From a virus, in IMG/VR virus record IMGVR_UViG_3300020048_000023, positions 96,911-160,910 of that record: DNA of 64,000 bases. One strand, given 5' to 3'. Under the pieces are notes generated by a model. The model did no database searches. It worked only from the letters and a program-made list of their open reading frames with translations, and was not told the origin of the DNA. Positions 29,793 to 37,841 of this stretch are shown piece by piece. Both the position numbers and the translations under genes were made by a program. Position 1 is the first letter of the stretch. Each line of letters starts with the position of its first letter.

Positions 29793-30089
29793 ATGGTATA
29801 TTTAGACCTTGATAAAGTTACAGCCAAAGATGCCAAAAAAATGGCTTCCATAGCCAGTGGAATACCACCCAGATTCTTTACAGTGGCTTATCTGGGTCAA
29901 GCCAAACTTACCACCAGAAAAACTCAACAAGCTTGGTTCTGCGAAGCGTTCGAGTTTGGAATAGAAATAAACACAGACGAGATTCAACCATACTGGGTAA
30001 ATGACGAGCAAAAAAGAGTCAAGATGATGGAAGAGTATATCATCAAACATAAACTGGAAAAGCCATATCTTAAAAAATGGGCAATGTAA
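29793..30089 (+). CDS. hypothetical protein
   Basis: 98 aa. Confidence 0.7.
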   Translation: MVYLDLDKVTAKDAKKMASIASGIPPRFFTVAYLGQAKLTTRKTQQAWFCEAFEFGIEINTDEIQPYWVNDEQKRVKMMEEYIIKHKLEKPYLKKWAM

Positions 30090-30487
30090 TGGACTCCTAC
30101 ACAACCACAATAAGATCACCACAAATGGTGGACGTAAGAGTTTGCAATAAAATGATTGCAAAGTTTATGGGCGTGGTCGTGAATGAATACGCCAATGAAT
30201 TAGGAGAACAAAAATTCTGGATGGCTACGGAAGGAAAACTATTACCACCCTTTCCTACCTCATTCACCAGCCCAGATGATATCGTATATAACTACCACTG
30301 GGATTGGAACTCCCTTATGGACGTTTGCCATAAATGGGATAACCTTAAAGTACCAGAATGCCACGAACCCGCATACGTTGATATCTGCGATTGGCTGGAT
30401 AACGCCGTATCTACATACGAAATTAATAACGCATATAACCAACTGGTGAACGCCATAGAATGGTACGAATCTAAATGTAAACGATAA
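30089..30487 (+). CDS. N..IA.FMG / YHxDWN.LM domain protein
   Basis: Domain shared with 30890. Confidence 0.75.
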   Translation: MDSYTTTIRSPQMVDVRVCNKMIAKFMGVVVNEYANELGEQKFWMATEGKLLPPFPTSFTSPDDIVYNYHWDWNSLMDVCHKWDNLKVPECHEPAYVDICDWLDNAVSTYEINNAYNQLVNAIEWYESKCKR

Positions 30488-30633
30488 TGCCTCTGAACGC
30501 AATACCTAACCCAAACTTTAACCCAGCTAATCCAGTGTTTTGTAGCACCTGCGAGAAATGGTTCGATAACCATAAAAAATATACGAAACACTGCAAAACA
30601 TCTAAAGTACATAAAGTATGCTTAAAGAAGTAG
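30487..30633 (+). CDS. 48-aa C2H2 (U1/matrin-like) zinc-finger microprotein
   Basis: FCSTCEKWFDNHKKYTKHCKTSKVH; TAATG-coupled; not in ORF track. Confidence 0.6.
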   Translation: MPLNAIPNPNFNPANPVFCSTCEKWFDNHKKYTKHCKTSKVHKVCLKK

Positions 30634-30881
30634 ACATACAAGAAGTTTGCGAACGGTGCTGCGATGGTGTACAGGTTAATAACCAGTACATAGGCGAAAT
30701 ATTCCAATGGCTCATTAATAACGATTTCATTATCGCCAAGAACGAGCCAATGAAACTCACCGACCCAATGCCAGTAAAAGATCAACCCTGCTCAGCCTGC
30801 AACGGTAGCGGTTACTACGATAGTAAAGGATCACCCAAATGCGGAGCCTGCAACGGAACTGGTAAAGAACCCCACAAATAA
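30618..30881 (+). CDS. protein with DnaJ-type CxxCxGxG zinc finger
   Basis: CSACNGSG...CGACNGTG. Confidence 0.75.
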   Translation: MLKEVDIQEVCERCCDGVQVNNQYIGEIFQWLINNDFIIAKNEPMKLTDPMPVKDQPCSACNGSGYYDSKGSPKCGACNGTGKEPHK

Positions 30882-30889
30882 CCCACACA

Positions 30890-31753
30890 ATGACAAAAGA
30901 ACAATTCCTCGATAATGTTAACTATTACCCCTACTTCAGCAAAGGCGAAAACAGGGAAGAAATTAAAGCCAGACTCGCCACCATTTGGGATATGGGACTC
31001 TCAGAGCTTGGAAATGGTCAGTTCGGCATTAAGGACGTTATGTCTGGGCTCTATATCGAAATGATCTGGCGCTACTCCAATAAAGAGTTCGCCGACTATA
31101 TCGAATGGGTACAATCAATCATTGATAAGAATACCTACAAACCCGACGCCGTACCCAGCGTGATCACTGGCAATAAAATAATTGCAAAATATTTGGGGTA
31201 TGAATATGTCCCCCACAATAATACCGAAGGTAAAAAAGCGGGCTGGTGGAAAATAGGAACAACCAGAGAACAACAGGTAATCGCTGGTATGGCTCACGAT
31301 ACCGTGATCACCCTCGGAAGAAGCCATAACGACCTTAAATTCTACCACGATTGGAACGCCCTTATGGACGCCATTGAAGTAATTGAGAAGGACGGCGAAA
31401 CCGATAAGGAATACGGGAACCACGTTGACGTAACCACATCGTATTGCCGCGTGGGTAACATCAGCATCGACCGCAAAATAGCATACCCCCACCTGAATAA
31501 ACAACAAGCCGCTTGGCTCGCCGTGGTTCGTTACTGCCAACAAAAAAACGATCTCAGGGATAAGGCTACCGAGAACCAATGCGATGGCTGCAAGGCTGGA
31601 TACCCAATAGGATCAAACAATATGCACCTTATACCTTACCCGTCTGGCTCTATGGTCTGCCAGAAGGATAAATACGAATTGGACTTCAAGGTGGAACGGG
31701 ATGGCTCTAAGACTTATGGATTCATTAAAATGCCCGACCAAGAGAAAGAATAA
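30890..31753 (+). CDS. multi-domain hypothetical protein
   Basis: 287 aa; GNKIIAKYLG...FYHDWNALM; C-terminal CDGC. Confidence 0.8.
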   Translation: MTKEQFLDNVNYYPYFSKGENREEIKARLATIWDMGLSELGNGQFGIKDVMSGLYIEMIWRYSNKEFADYIEWVQSIIDKNTYKPDAVPSVITGNKIIAKYLGYEYVPHNNTEGKKAGWWKIGTTREQQVIAGMAHDTVITLGRSHNDLKFYHDWNALMDAIEVIEKDGETDKEYGNHVDVTTSYCRVGNISIDRKIAYPHLNKQQAAWLAVVRYCQQKNDLRDKATENQCDGCKAGYPIGSNNMHLIPYPSGSMVCQKDKYELDFKVERDGSKTYGFIKMPDQEKE

Positions 31754-31804
31754 ATTTGGTGAATCCAAATCTTTGTTGTATATTTGCATTCTAAACCTGA
31801 CACA

Positions 31805-32335
31805 ATGGACGTATTCCCCAAATTCATAATTGAAACCGACAGCGAAAAGGGCGACTGCCTGAGCATCGCCAGAGTTACATGCCATAACCAAATCGTTGTC
31901 GATAAAACAAAGGTTAAAGGCGGCGGCTGGTTCCTAATGACCAGAGAAACCAATACCAAACGAAGACTCTCACTGGCTAAAGCTAAAGCCCTGTCAATAA
32001 TCAAATGGAAAATAATTCTCCGTAACAACGGCGGCATAACTGGTGTGTATTCTCACCCAGAACTAAGAAACCTGAAACATAACTGCGGCTTCTGCGAACG
32101 CTGGTTATCACCCATTCAAAATTTTGGGGAATCTGGATGCGACTGTGCCAAATGTGAGTTCGCCAAAGCTATGGGCTCCCAATGTAACGAAGAGGATAAT
32201 GTAAATAACCTGTTCGACCAGTGGGGCAACGAAAGGGGCGGTACGGAAAAAGCACTAGAACTAACACAGCAAATTCTCGACCTGATCAAAGCAATACCAG
32301 TACCAACCAGAAAACCCAAACAGGATGAAACCTAA
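31805..32335 (+). CDS. Cys-rich protein, paralogue of 32325 with extra N-terminus
   Basis: LAKAKALSI.KW...HNCGFCERW...ESGCDC..CEFAKA. Confidence 0.8.
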   Translation: MDVFPKFIIETDSEKGDCLSIARVTCHNQIVVDKTKVKGGGWFLMTRETNTKRRLSLAKAKALSIIKWKIILRNNGGITGVYSHPELRNLKHNCGFCERWLSPIQNFGESGCDCAKCEFAKAMGSQCNEEDNVNNLFDQWGNERGGTEKALELTQQILDLIKAIPVPTRKPKQDET

Positions 32336-32672
32336 CATAACATTAGCCAAAGCTAAAAAGCTGTCCATACTGAAATGGGAACTTATCGTAGCCAATAAAG
32401 GCGTCTTTAGCCCAATAGACAAAAGAAACCCAGCTCTCAGAAATATTAAACATAACTGCGGGTTCTGCGAACGCTGGCGTACCGAAGAAGATGGGTTTGA
32501 AGAGTCTGGCTGCGACTGCTCACAGTGTGAGTTTGCTAAAGCCGTGGGTGCCGATTGTAATAAGGACGAAAGCCTGTTCGATCGCTGGTGCAGCGATGAA
32601 CCGTTCGGCGGGGAACCCACAAAACTGGCTAAGGAAATACTGGAAATAATAAAGGAAATACCAACAAAATGA
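32325..32672 (+). CDS. Cys-rich protein (tandem paralogue)
   Basis: Same motifs as 31805. Confidence 0.8.
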   Translation: MKPNITLAKAKKLSILKWELIVANKGVFSPIDKRNPALRNIKHNCGFCERWRTEEDGFEESGCDCSQCEFAKAVGADCNKDESLFDRWCSDEPFGGEPTKLAKEILEIIKEIPTK

Positions 32673-32839
32673 ACCTCACCACGCACGAAGAAGCTCAGAT
32701 CATCATCGAAGACCTGTTACAACTTATAAATAAAAAAGACCCCAAAATGTCTAAGGAGTTGAGAGAACATTTCGTAGAGGTTAACGAAATAGCCGAGGAT
32801 ATTAAAACCCGATATGATAACAAAGTGATATCAAAATGA
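32669..32839 (+). CDS. 56-aa hypothetical protein
   Basis: ATGA overlap; not in ORF track. Confidence 0.6.
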   Translation: MNLTTHEEAQIIIEDLLQLINKKDPKMSKELREHFVEVNEIAEDIKTRYDNKVISK

Positions 32840-32860
32840 TATCATAATAGTAGCAATTTC

Positions 32861-32946
32861 GTAATATATTTGGCAGAATGTGGTACAAAGTCAGTATAAG
32901 GCTAAATTGTAATATATTTGGCGGAATGTGGCGCAAAGTCAGTATA
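32861..32946. repeat. 38-bp direct repeat, 2 copies, 48-bp period
   Basis: GTAATATATTTGGC(A/G)GAATGTGG(TA/CG)CAAAGTCAGTATA at 32861 and 32909. Confidence 0.9.
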
Positions 32947-33299
32947 TATAGAAATATAATATGCACCGAGAAGACAGGAAGTTATGTAAAATAGTTATAA
33001 AGGGGTGCTCTTCTGAATACAATAATTGGATAGGAGTGAATTAAATATAGGACATAGGGAAGGATTGAATGCAGGGACGGAAATGGCAGACTGATGATTT
33101 GGCGGGCGTAGCGAGCGGGGGGTGAATTCTAAAAAAACTTGTACCCTGTCCGCATTCACGCAAACTATTTCGTAAAATTTTTGGTAAGTTCCTGTTCCCC
33201 CGATTGCTCAAACAAACGCCCCAATAAAATATGTAAAAAAATACTGTAGATACTGAATTCTTGTGTCGTTTGTAATATTTATTACTAAACACTACAAGT

Positions 33300-33578
33300 A
33301 TGTCAGGAATAATGCAAGCGGTCGCCGACACCATTTCTCAGAAGCCCGAGATCGGCATATTCGGTTCGATGGCAGGAGTGGCGCTATCGCCGATTGCAAT
33401 CATATCATTGGTCAGTGCTGTACTGGGTTTAATAGTCACGGTGATTACCTTAGTGATAAAGATCATGGATATGGTAGAGAAGGTCAGGAAGAAGAAGCGA
33501 GGGGCTATCGAGAGCGACGAAGTATTCATTGACAACAAGAGGTACAAGCGGGTGTTGGACGAAGAAGAGTCAGAATAG
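33300..33578 (+). CDS. small membrane protein, holin-like topology
   Basis: Long hydrophobic segment then a charged tail; TATTTATT motif upstream. Confidence 0.6.
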   Translation: MSGIMQAVADTISQKPEIGIFGSMAGVALSPIAIISLVSAVLGLIVTVITLVIKIMDMVEKVRKKKRGAIESDEVFIDNKRYKRVLDEEESE

Positions 33579-33752
33579 CTGAAACCCGCATTGGCGTAAC
33601 GGACACAGAGCATCGCCACCAATAGAATTGATGGCTTGACGCCCCCCAACGGGGGCGTTTCTCATATGAATTCGTCTGTAATGGGGAATTTGACCTGAAT
33701 TCTGGCGTAAAATCCGAACCGAAAAATAGCTGAAACCCGCATTGGCGTAACG
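33574..33752. repeat. 28-bp exact direct repeat (third partial copy at 61736-61755)
   Basis: AATAGCTGAAACCCGCATTGGCGTAACG at 33574 and 33725. Confidence 0.9.
33638..33662 (+). terminator. GC hairpin terminator
   Basis: GACGCCCCC-CAAC-GGGGGCGTT followed by TC. Confidence 0.6.
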
Positions 33753-33774
33753 CCTTCAGAAGGTTTTATATGAA

Positions 33775-33845
33775 TACAAAAAGGAAACGGCGCCGTCAGG
33801 ATTAACTGGGGCGCCGAATTCAATTGTTATGGCAGCAAATTTACG
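33775..33845 (-). ncRNA. candidate tiny RNA
   Basis: -7 box TATATTTG on minus at 33849-33856 (no clear -33), CGGCGCC hairpin and T-tail; 3' end matches the 42646 RNA. Confidence 0.35.
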
Positions 33846-33921
33846 GTACAAATATACGCAATGAATACAGGAAGGGAAGTGTTTTTTGAATTCGGGTGAT
33901 ATTTATTATAAACGAATTCAT

Positions 33922-34347
33922 ATGAAATTTACTAAGATGACTTTAATCAAGACCGTGATAGCTGAATCCAGCATCGAGGATGTGCTGAGCGGCAGCTGGC
34001 AGCAGCAGGCTAATCAGGATATGGACGTTGAATTCTATCGGGATAAGACGGAGTTATTCTGGAAGGAGTTGGAGCAGCTTATATCTGTGCTACGTAATAT
34101 GCCGCCTGAGGATCAGGAAGAGTGGGCTGATTACTACAAGTTCGAGAATGAAATCAAGTACAGGGTATATGAATGGTTGGAGCGTATGGACGTGAACTGG
34201 GTACGCCAGCACATCACAGATGAATTCGTCTATAGATACATTAAGGATTGGAAGTTGGATTCAGGTAACGCCGAGTCGATGTACGAGCTGGCTAATACTG
34301 TGATCCCATACGTGCTAAAGAAATACGTCGGTAAGTCCGAAGTTTAA
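33922..34347 (+). CDS. acidic hypothetical protein
   Basis: Start corrected; TATTTATT motif 14 nt upstream. Confidence 0.75.
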   Translation: MKFTKMTLIKTVIAESSIEDVLSGSWQQQANQDMDVEFYRDKTELFWKELEQLISVLRNMPPEDQEEWADYYKFENEIKYRVYEWLERMDVNWVRQHITDEFVYRYIKDWKLDSGNAESMYELANTVIPYVLKKYVGKSEV

Positions 34348-34659
34348 TCTTTTAAGTTTGAATGCAAAGCCGCCGCTGAGCGGCTTTTTTGTTACCCCAT
34401 ATTTGAAATCCATATAGTATATTCTCCCAGACGGGAGTGGTATGTTTACTTCCTGACGTTGCCTGTCTGAATTCGCGGCTACTTCATCGTCGGTTAAGCC
34501 CAGCAGTGTATTCATATACCTTCTGGGTAAACCAAGGGCTTCAATTAGTTTTGTTTGAAAGTAAGCTATCTCTGCATTCATATCCACGGCATTCGCTGCT
34601 GTATTGAATGCAGCGTTGAATTCTTCCTCGGTAAAATGCGGGTAGATATGATTAGGCAT
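34315..34659 (-). CDS. small protein with portal-like and major-capsid-like peptides
   Basis: EIAYFQTKLIEALGLPRRYM, LLGLTDDEV, LPSGRIYYMDFKYG. Confidence 0.6.
   Translation of the reverse strand: MPNHIYPHFTEEEFNAAFNTAANAVDMNAEIAYFQTKLIEALGLPRRYMNTLLGLTDDEVAANSDRQRQEVNIPLPSGRIYYMDFKYGVTKKPLSGGFAFKLKRLNFGLTDVFL
34366..34390 (+). terminator. intrinsic terminator between convergent genes
   Basis: AAAGCCGC-CGCTGA-GCGGCTTT followed by a T-run. Confidence 0.75.
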
Positions 34660-34921
34660 TTTTAACTATGAATTCGTGTCTGGCTGGCGCCCCATGGCTA
34701 AAGATGGCTAAAGGTTTGCCATTATAGGTTGCCTTCTGAATTTTGCGGGACATATCGTGAGCATTGTCCGTGAGGGATGCGTGCATAGTCCAGATCAGGT
34801 TAATAGCTTCCATTTCGTTCATCACGTTCTTGTAGGTGAAAACGTTCTTGAACTTAACGTCTGGTTTCTTTTCGATGTTATTCACGTGTACTGTGAGGCG
34901 GCGGAAGTTTCTGTGTGTCAT
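34652..34921 (-). CDS. hypothetical protein
   Basis: 89 aa, directly after the minus-strand promoter. Confidence 0.75.
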   Translation of the reverse strand: MTHRNFRRLTVHVNNIEKKPDVKFKNVFTYKNVMNEMEAINLIWTMHASLTDNAHDMSRKIQKATYNGKPLAIFSHGAPARHEFIVKNA

Positions 34922-34939
34922 AGTTTGGATTATTTACTG

Positions 34940-34971
34940 CAAATATAATCAATCAGGTTGAGAAAACCAAA
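34940..34971 (-). promoter_or_regulatory. Minus-strand copy of the Bacteroidota-type promoter driving 34921..34315
   Basis: Reverse complement reads TTTG-GTTTTCTCAACCTGATTGAT-TATATTTG (20-nt spacer); ATG follows at 34921. Confidence 0.8.
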
Positions 34972-35277
34972 TTACTTCGAAAATAATTTTGAGATTTGTA
35001 GCAGGTGCTTGAGTCTGAGCTTGGTTAGCGGGACGTGTTCGCCATTGTCAAGTAGTATTCTAATTACGGTGAACTCCCGTTTGAACTGGGACATATACTT
35101 GAATCGTTCGATCGAGATCATAGACACTTTGCCGCCAGAATATGTATAGGGTAATGGTTTAGCGAAAGCTACAGGGGAATTAAACTGAAATTCCTCGTCG
35201 ACGTGAGCTTTGATCGCCCCGACCAGCTTCAGTCGCATATAGTAATTTACGTCCTTTTTATGTTGATGCCAAACCAT
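34972..35277 (-). CDS. hypothetical protein
   Basis: 101 aa; stop abuts the minus-strand promoter. Confidence 0.65.
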   Translation of the reverse strand: MVWHQHKKDVNYYMRLKLVGAIKAHVDEEFQFNSPVAFAKPLPYTYSGGKVSMISIERFKYMSQFKREFTVIRILLDNGEHVPLTKLRLKHLLQISKLFSK

Positions 35278-35438
35278 ACCTTAAATATAGTAACAACCTG
35301 CCAATAAAACAAGTAATCCTGAAAATAAATTATTTGCTTATATAGTAAGGTATAAAAAAACTTGCAAAATAAATGGTATTTTATTTGGTAGGTTCAAAAA
35401 TTAGTTGTACTTTTGTCGAAACTTTAAAACACACCCCT

Positions 35439-36248
35439 ATGTTATTTCCTTCATTAGCACCTTTCAGTACATTAAAAGAAGCACGTGAACGTATTGGCGT
35501 TTCGTACCTTGGCGGTATTAATATCAGCTCAAAACTGATGAAAAACCAGAAGGTAAGCGGACACTATACGTACATAGTTTATTTAGCACCTGCAAGCACC
35601 AGCGGCTTTAACGTTTGTTCGCACTCTTCGCCTGAATGTAGGGCGGGCTGTTTGGCTACAAGCGGGCGTGCATTACTCGAATTGCGGGGCGGCTTAGATC
35701 GTATACAGGAATCACGTATACGTAAAACTGTTGCCTTAAATACAAACCCTTCCTTTTTCCTTGGTTGGTTGTTTGCCGAAATTACAGCGGCTAAGGCTAA
35801 GGCTGAACGTGACAACTTTTTTTTCAGTGTACGTTTAAACGGTACTTCGGACGTTGACTATGCAAAGCTTTACCTGAACGGTAAAAATGTATTTGAAACC
35901 TTTCCTGATGTGGAATTTTATGATTATACTAAGGATTACAGCCGTTTCGATAACTTACCAGCAAATTACAATTTAACATTTTCATACAGTGGTTGGAATT
36001 GGGACAATTGCGTTAAGGTATTGGCACGTGGTTACAATGTTGCAACCGTTTTCAACTTCAACAAAAATCAGCCTTTACCAACTCATTACAAGGGCTACAC
36101 TGTAATTAATGGCGATATCACAGACTTACGCATAAAAGAGGGCAATGGAATCATTGTAGGGCTTTATTGGAAGAAAATAGCTAACAAAACTCTGAATGAA
36201 GCCGTAAGATATAGCCAATTTTGCGTACAACCTTATGACCTTTCGTAA
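35439..36248 (+). CDS. GP88-family phage protein (radical-SAM-like Cys motif)
   Basis: YLAPA, NVC...SPECRAGCL, VRLNGTSD, FYDYTK, YNLTFS, GD.TDLR; start corrected. Confidence 0.8.
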   Translation: MLFPSLAPFSTLKEARERIGVSYLGGINISSKLMKNQKVSGHYTYIVYLAPASTSGFNVCSHSSPECRAGCLATSGRALLELRGGLDRIQESRIRKTVALNTNPSFFLGWLFAEITAAKAKAERDNFFFSVRLNGTSDVDYAKLYLNGKNVFETFPDVEFYDYTKDYSRFDNLPANYNLTFSYSGWNWDNCVKVLARGYNVATVFNFNKNQPLPTHYKGYTVINGDITDLRIKEGNGIIVGLYWKKIANKTLNEAVRYSQFCVQPYDLS

Positions 36249-36279
36249 AGTGTGACATATTTATATAAAACATAAAAAT

Positions 36280-36858
36280 ATGGAACCAGAAATTTGGAAG
36301 CCAATAGAAGGCTATGAACAATATTACGAAGTATCTACATTTGGTAGAGTGCGGAGTTGTGTCAGAATTATAGTAGCGCAGAATAATGCACGTGTGCATT
36401 ATAAAGGTAAAGTATTGAAGCCTGCTATTAATCGTGATGGATATCAACAAGTGGTATTATCACGTGACAATAAAATGAAAAGTTTTTTTGTACATAGGTT
36501 AGTTGGACAAGCTTTTCTATTAAACCCCGACGATAAAGGCACTATTAACCATAAGGACGGCGTTAAGTCTAACTGTTACGTTGATAATTTGGAATGGGCT
36601 ACTAAGTCAGAACAAACTATTCACGCCTTGGTTAATAATTTACGTACTATGCCAGATGTTTGGGGTGGTGTAACTGGGTCAGATCATTGTGCGGCAAAAG
36701 CTGTATTACAATTCGATAAAAATAAAAATTTTATCAGAGAATTTGGGTCAATAGTGGAAGCCTCAAAAATAACTGGAACAAATCAAAGTTGTATAACGTC
36801 GGTTTGTAGAGGGAGGAAAAAAACTTCAGGCGGATTTATCTGGAAGTATAAATTGTAA
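36280..36858 (+). CDS. NUMOD4-HNH-NUMOD1 homing endonuclease
   Basis: EIWKPIEGYE..YEVS..GRVRS; VHRLV; INHKDG.K.N...NLEW; C-terminal GRKKTSGGFIWKY. Confidence 0.93.
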   Translation: MEPEIWKPIEGYEQYYEVSTFGRVRSCVRIIVAQNNARVHYKGKVLKPAINRDGYQQVVLSRDNKMKSFFVHRLVGQAFLLNPDDKGTINHKDGVKSNCYVDNLEWATKSEQTIHALVNNLRTMPDVWGGVTGSDHCAAKAVLQFDKNKNFIREFGSIVEASKITGTNQSCITSVCRGRKKTSGGFIWKYKL

Positions 36859-36918
36859 ATTAATTTGGATAATTCAAAATAAACTTATATCTTTGTAACC
36901 CTTTAAATTCATATACAT

Positions 36919-37023
36919 ATGGCAGTTAAAAAAGTAGCTATCACAAAAAACACCTTTAAATTTGTTAGAACCAGTTCGAGCAAGAGTACTGGCTCAAAAA
37001 CCCCCAAACGCCCGAAGCGTTAA
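36919..37023 (+). CDS. 34-aa basic microprotein
   Basis: MAVKKVAITKNTFKFVRTSSSKSTGSKTPKRPKR, first ORF after promoter 36864. Confidence 0.6.
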   Translation: MAVKKVAITKNTFKFVRTSSSKSTGSKTPKRPKR

Positions 37024-37039
37024 ACACACAGGAATTACT

Positions 37040-37450
37040 ATGAAAACCCAGAGAATAACCAGACAATCACTCAGCGGCGTGGAATATCAGATTGAATACA
37101 CGCTAGTACCTAAGGGCACGGTATGTGAATACAGGGTGCGCAGGGGTGCACGCGGGAGTTGGACAGCTTGGGTTGCCAGTAAGAAGATCACTAATGTAAT
37201 TAAGAACCTTGGCTTCCCTTCAGCCGCTAATGACTTTGCATTCGAGGCTCTATTTAGCCGCGGGCAAATAACCCTCAGCAAGGACGTTGTGTCTAAGCTT
37301 GCGAGCTCAGCGGGTACCAATAGCTTGAGTAGGCATATTTACAGCCGACTGAAGCGAAGTACTGACGACACGTGGCTATTACCCTCACGGGCTATAGTTA
37401 ACGAGTTTGTATTTAAACACCTTGAAAACTTGATCAGGGATAATACCTAA
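37040..37450 (+). CDS. hypothetical protein
   Basis: Start corrected to 37040. Confidence 0.75.
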   Translation: MKTQRITRQSLSGVEYQIEYTLVPKGTVCEYRVRRGARGSWTAWVASKKITNVIKNLGFPSAANDFAFEALFSRGQITLSKDVVSKLASSAGTNSLSRHIYSRLKRSTDDTWLLPSRAIVNEFVFKHLENLIRDNT

Positions 37451-37455
37451 GCGCT

Positions 37456-37773
37456 ATGTTACGAAAACCAGTTTCAATTTTAATGTTCGAAGGAACCTAT
37501 GACTTCCTTACGAAGTCGGACTACAGGGAAGAGAGGCTTGAGAGGCAGGAAGTGTTTAATAAACTGTACCCTATAGACCCCGATCAGGATATTATCCCAG
37601 AAGGTCACCTTTACCCCAGTTTATTTGAACGGGTTGAGCGGCACACGGATGCACACGGCGACGGGGTTGTGTTTGCCAGTATACTTCAGCAACTTGAGGG
37701 TGAATACTTACTGGATATCAGGGCAAACATACACGAATCTATGTATGTGTTAACCAAGCTCCAAGCAATTTAA
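37456..37773 (+). CDS. hypothetical protein
   Basis: 105 aa. Confidence 0.75.
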   Translation: MLRKPVSILMFEGTYDFLTKSDYREERLERQEVFNKLYPIDPDQDIIPEGHLYPSLFERVERHTDAHGDGVVFASILQQLEGEYLLDIRANIHESMYVLTKLQAI

Positions 37774-37841
37774 TTTGTAATTTATTTGGTAGATTGAAAA
37801 ACTTGTTGTATCTTTGCCGAGCAACTTTAAAACAAACTCCT

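Noticed and set aside
33041-33334. 97-aa minus-strand ORF in the intergenic gap
   Set aside because: Atypical composition, overlaps the 33300 gene and has no start context
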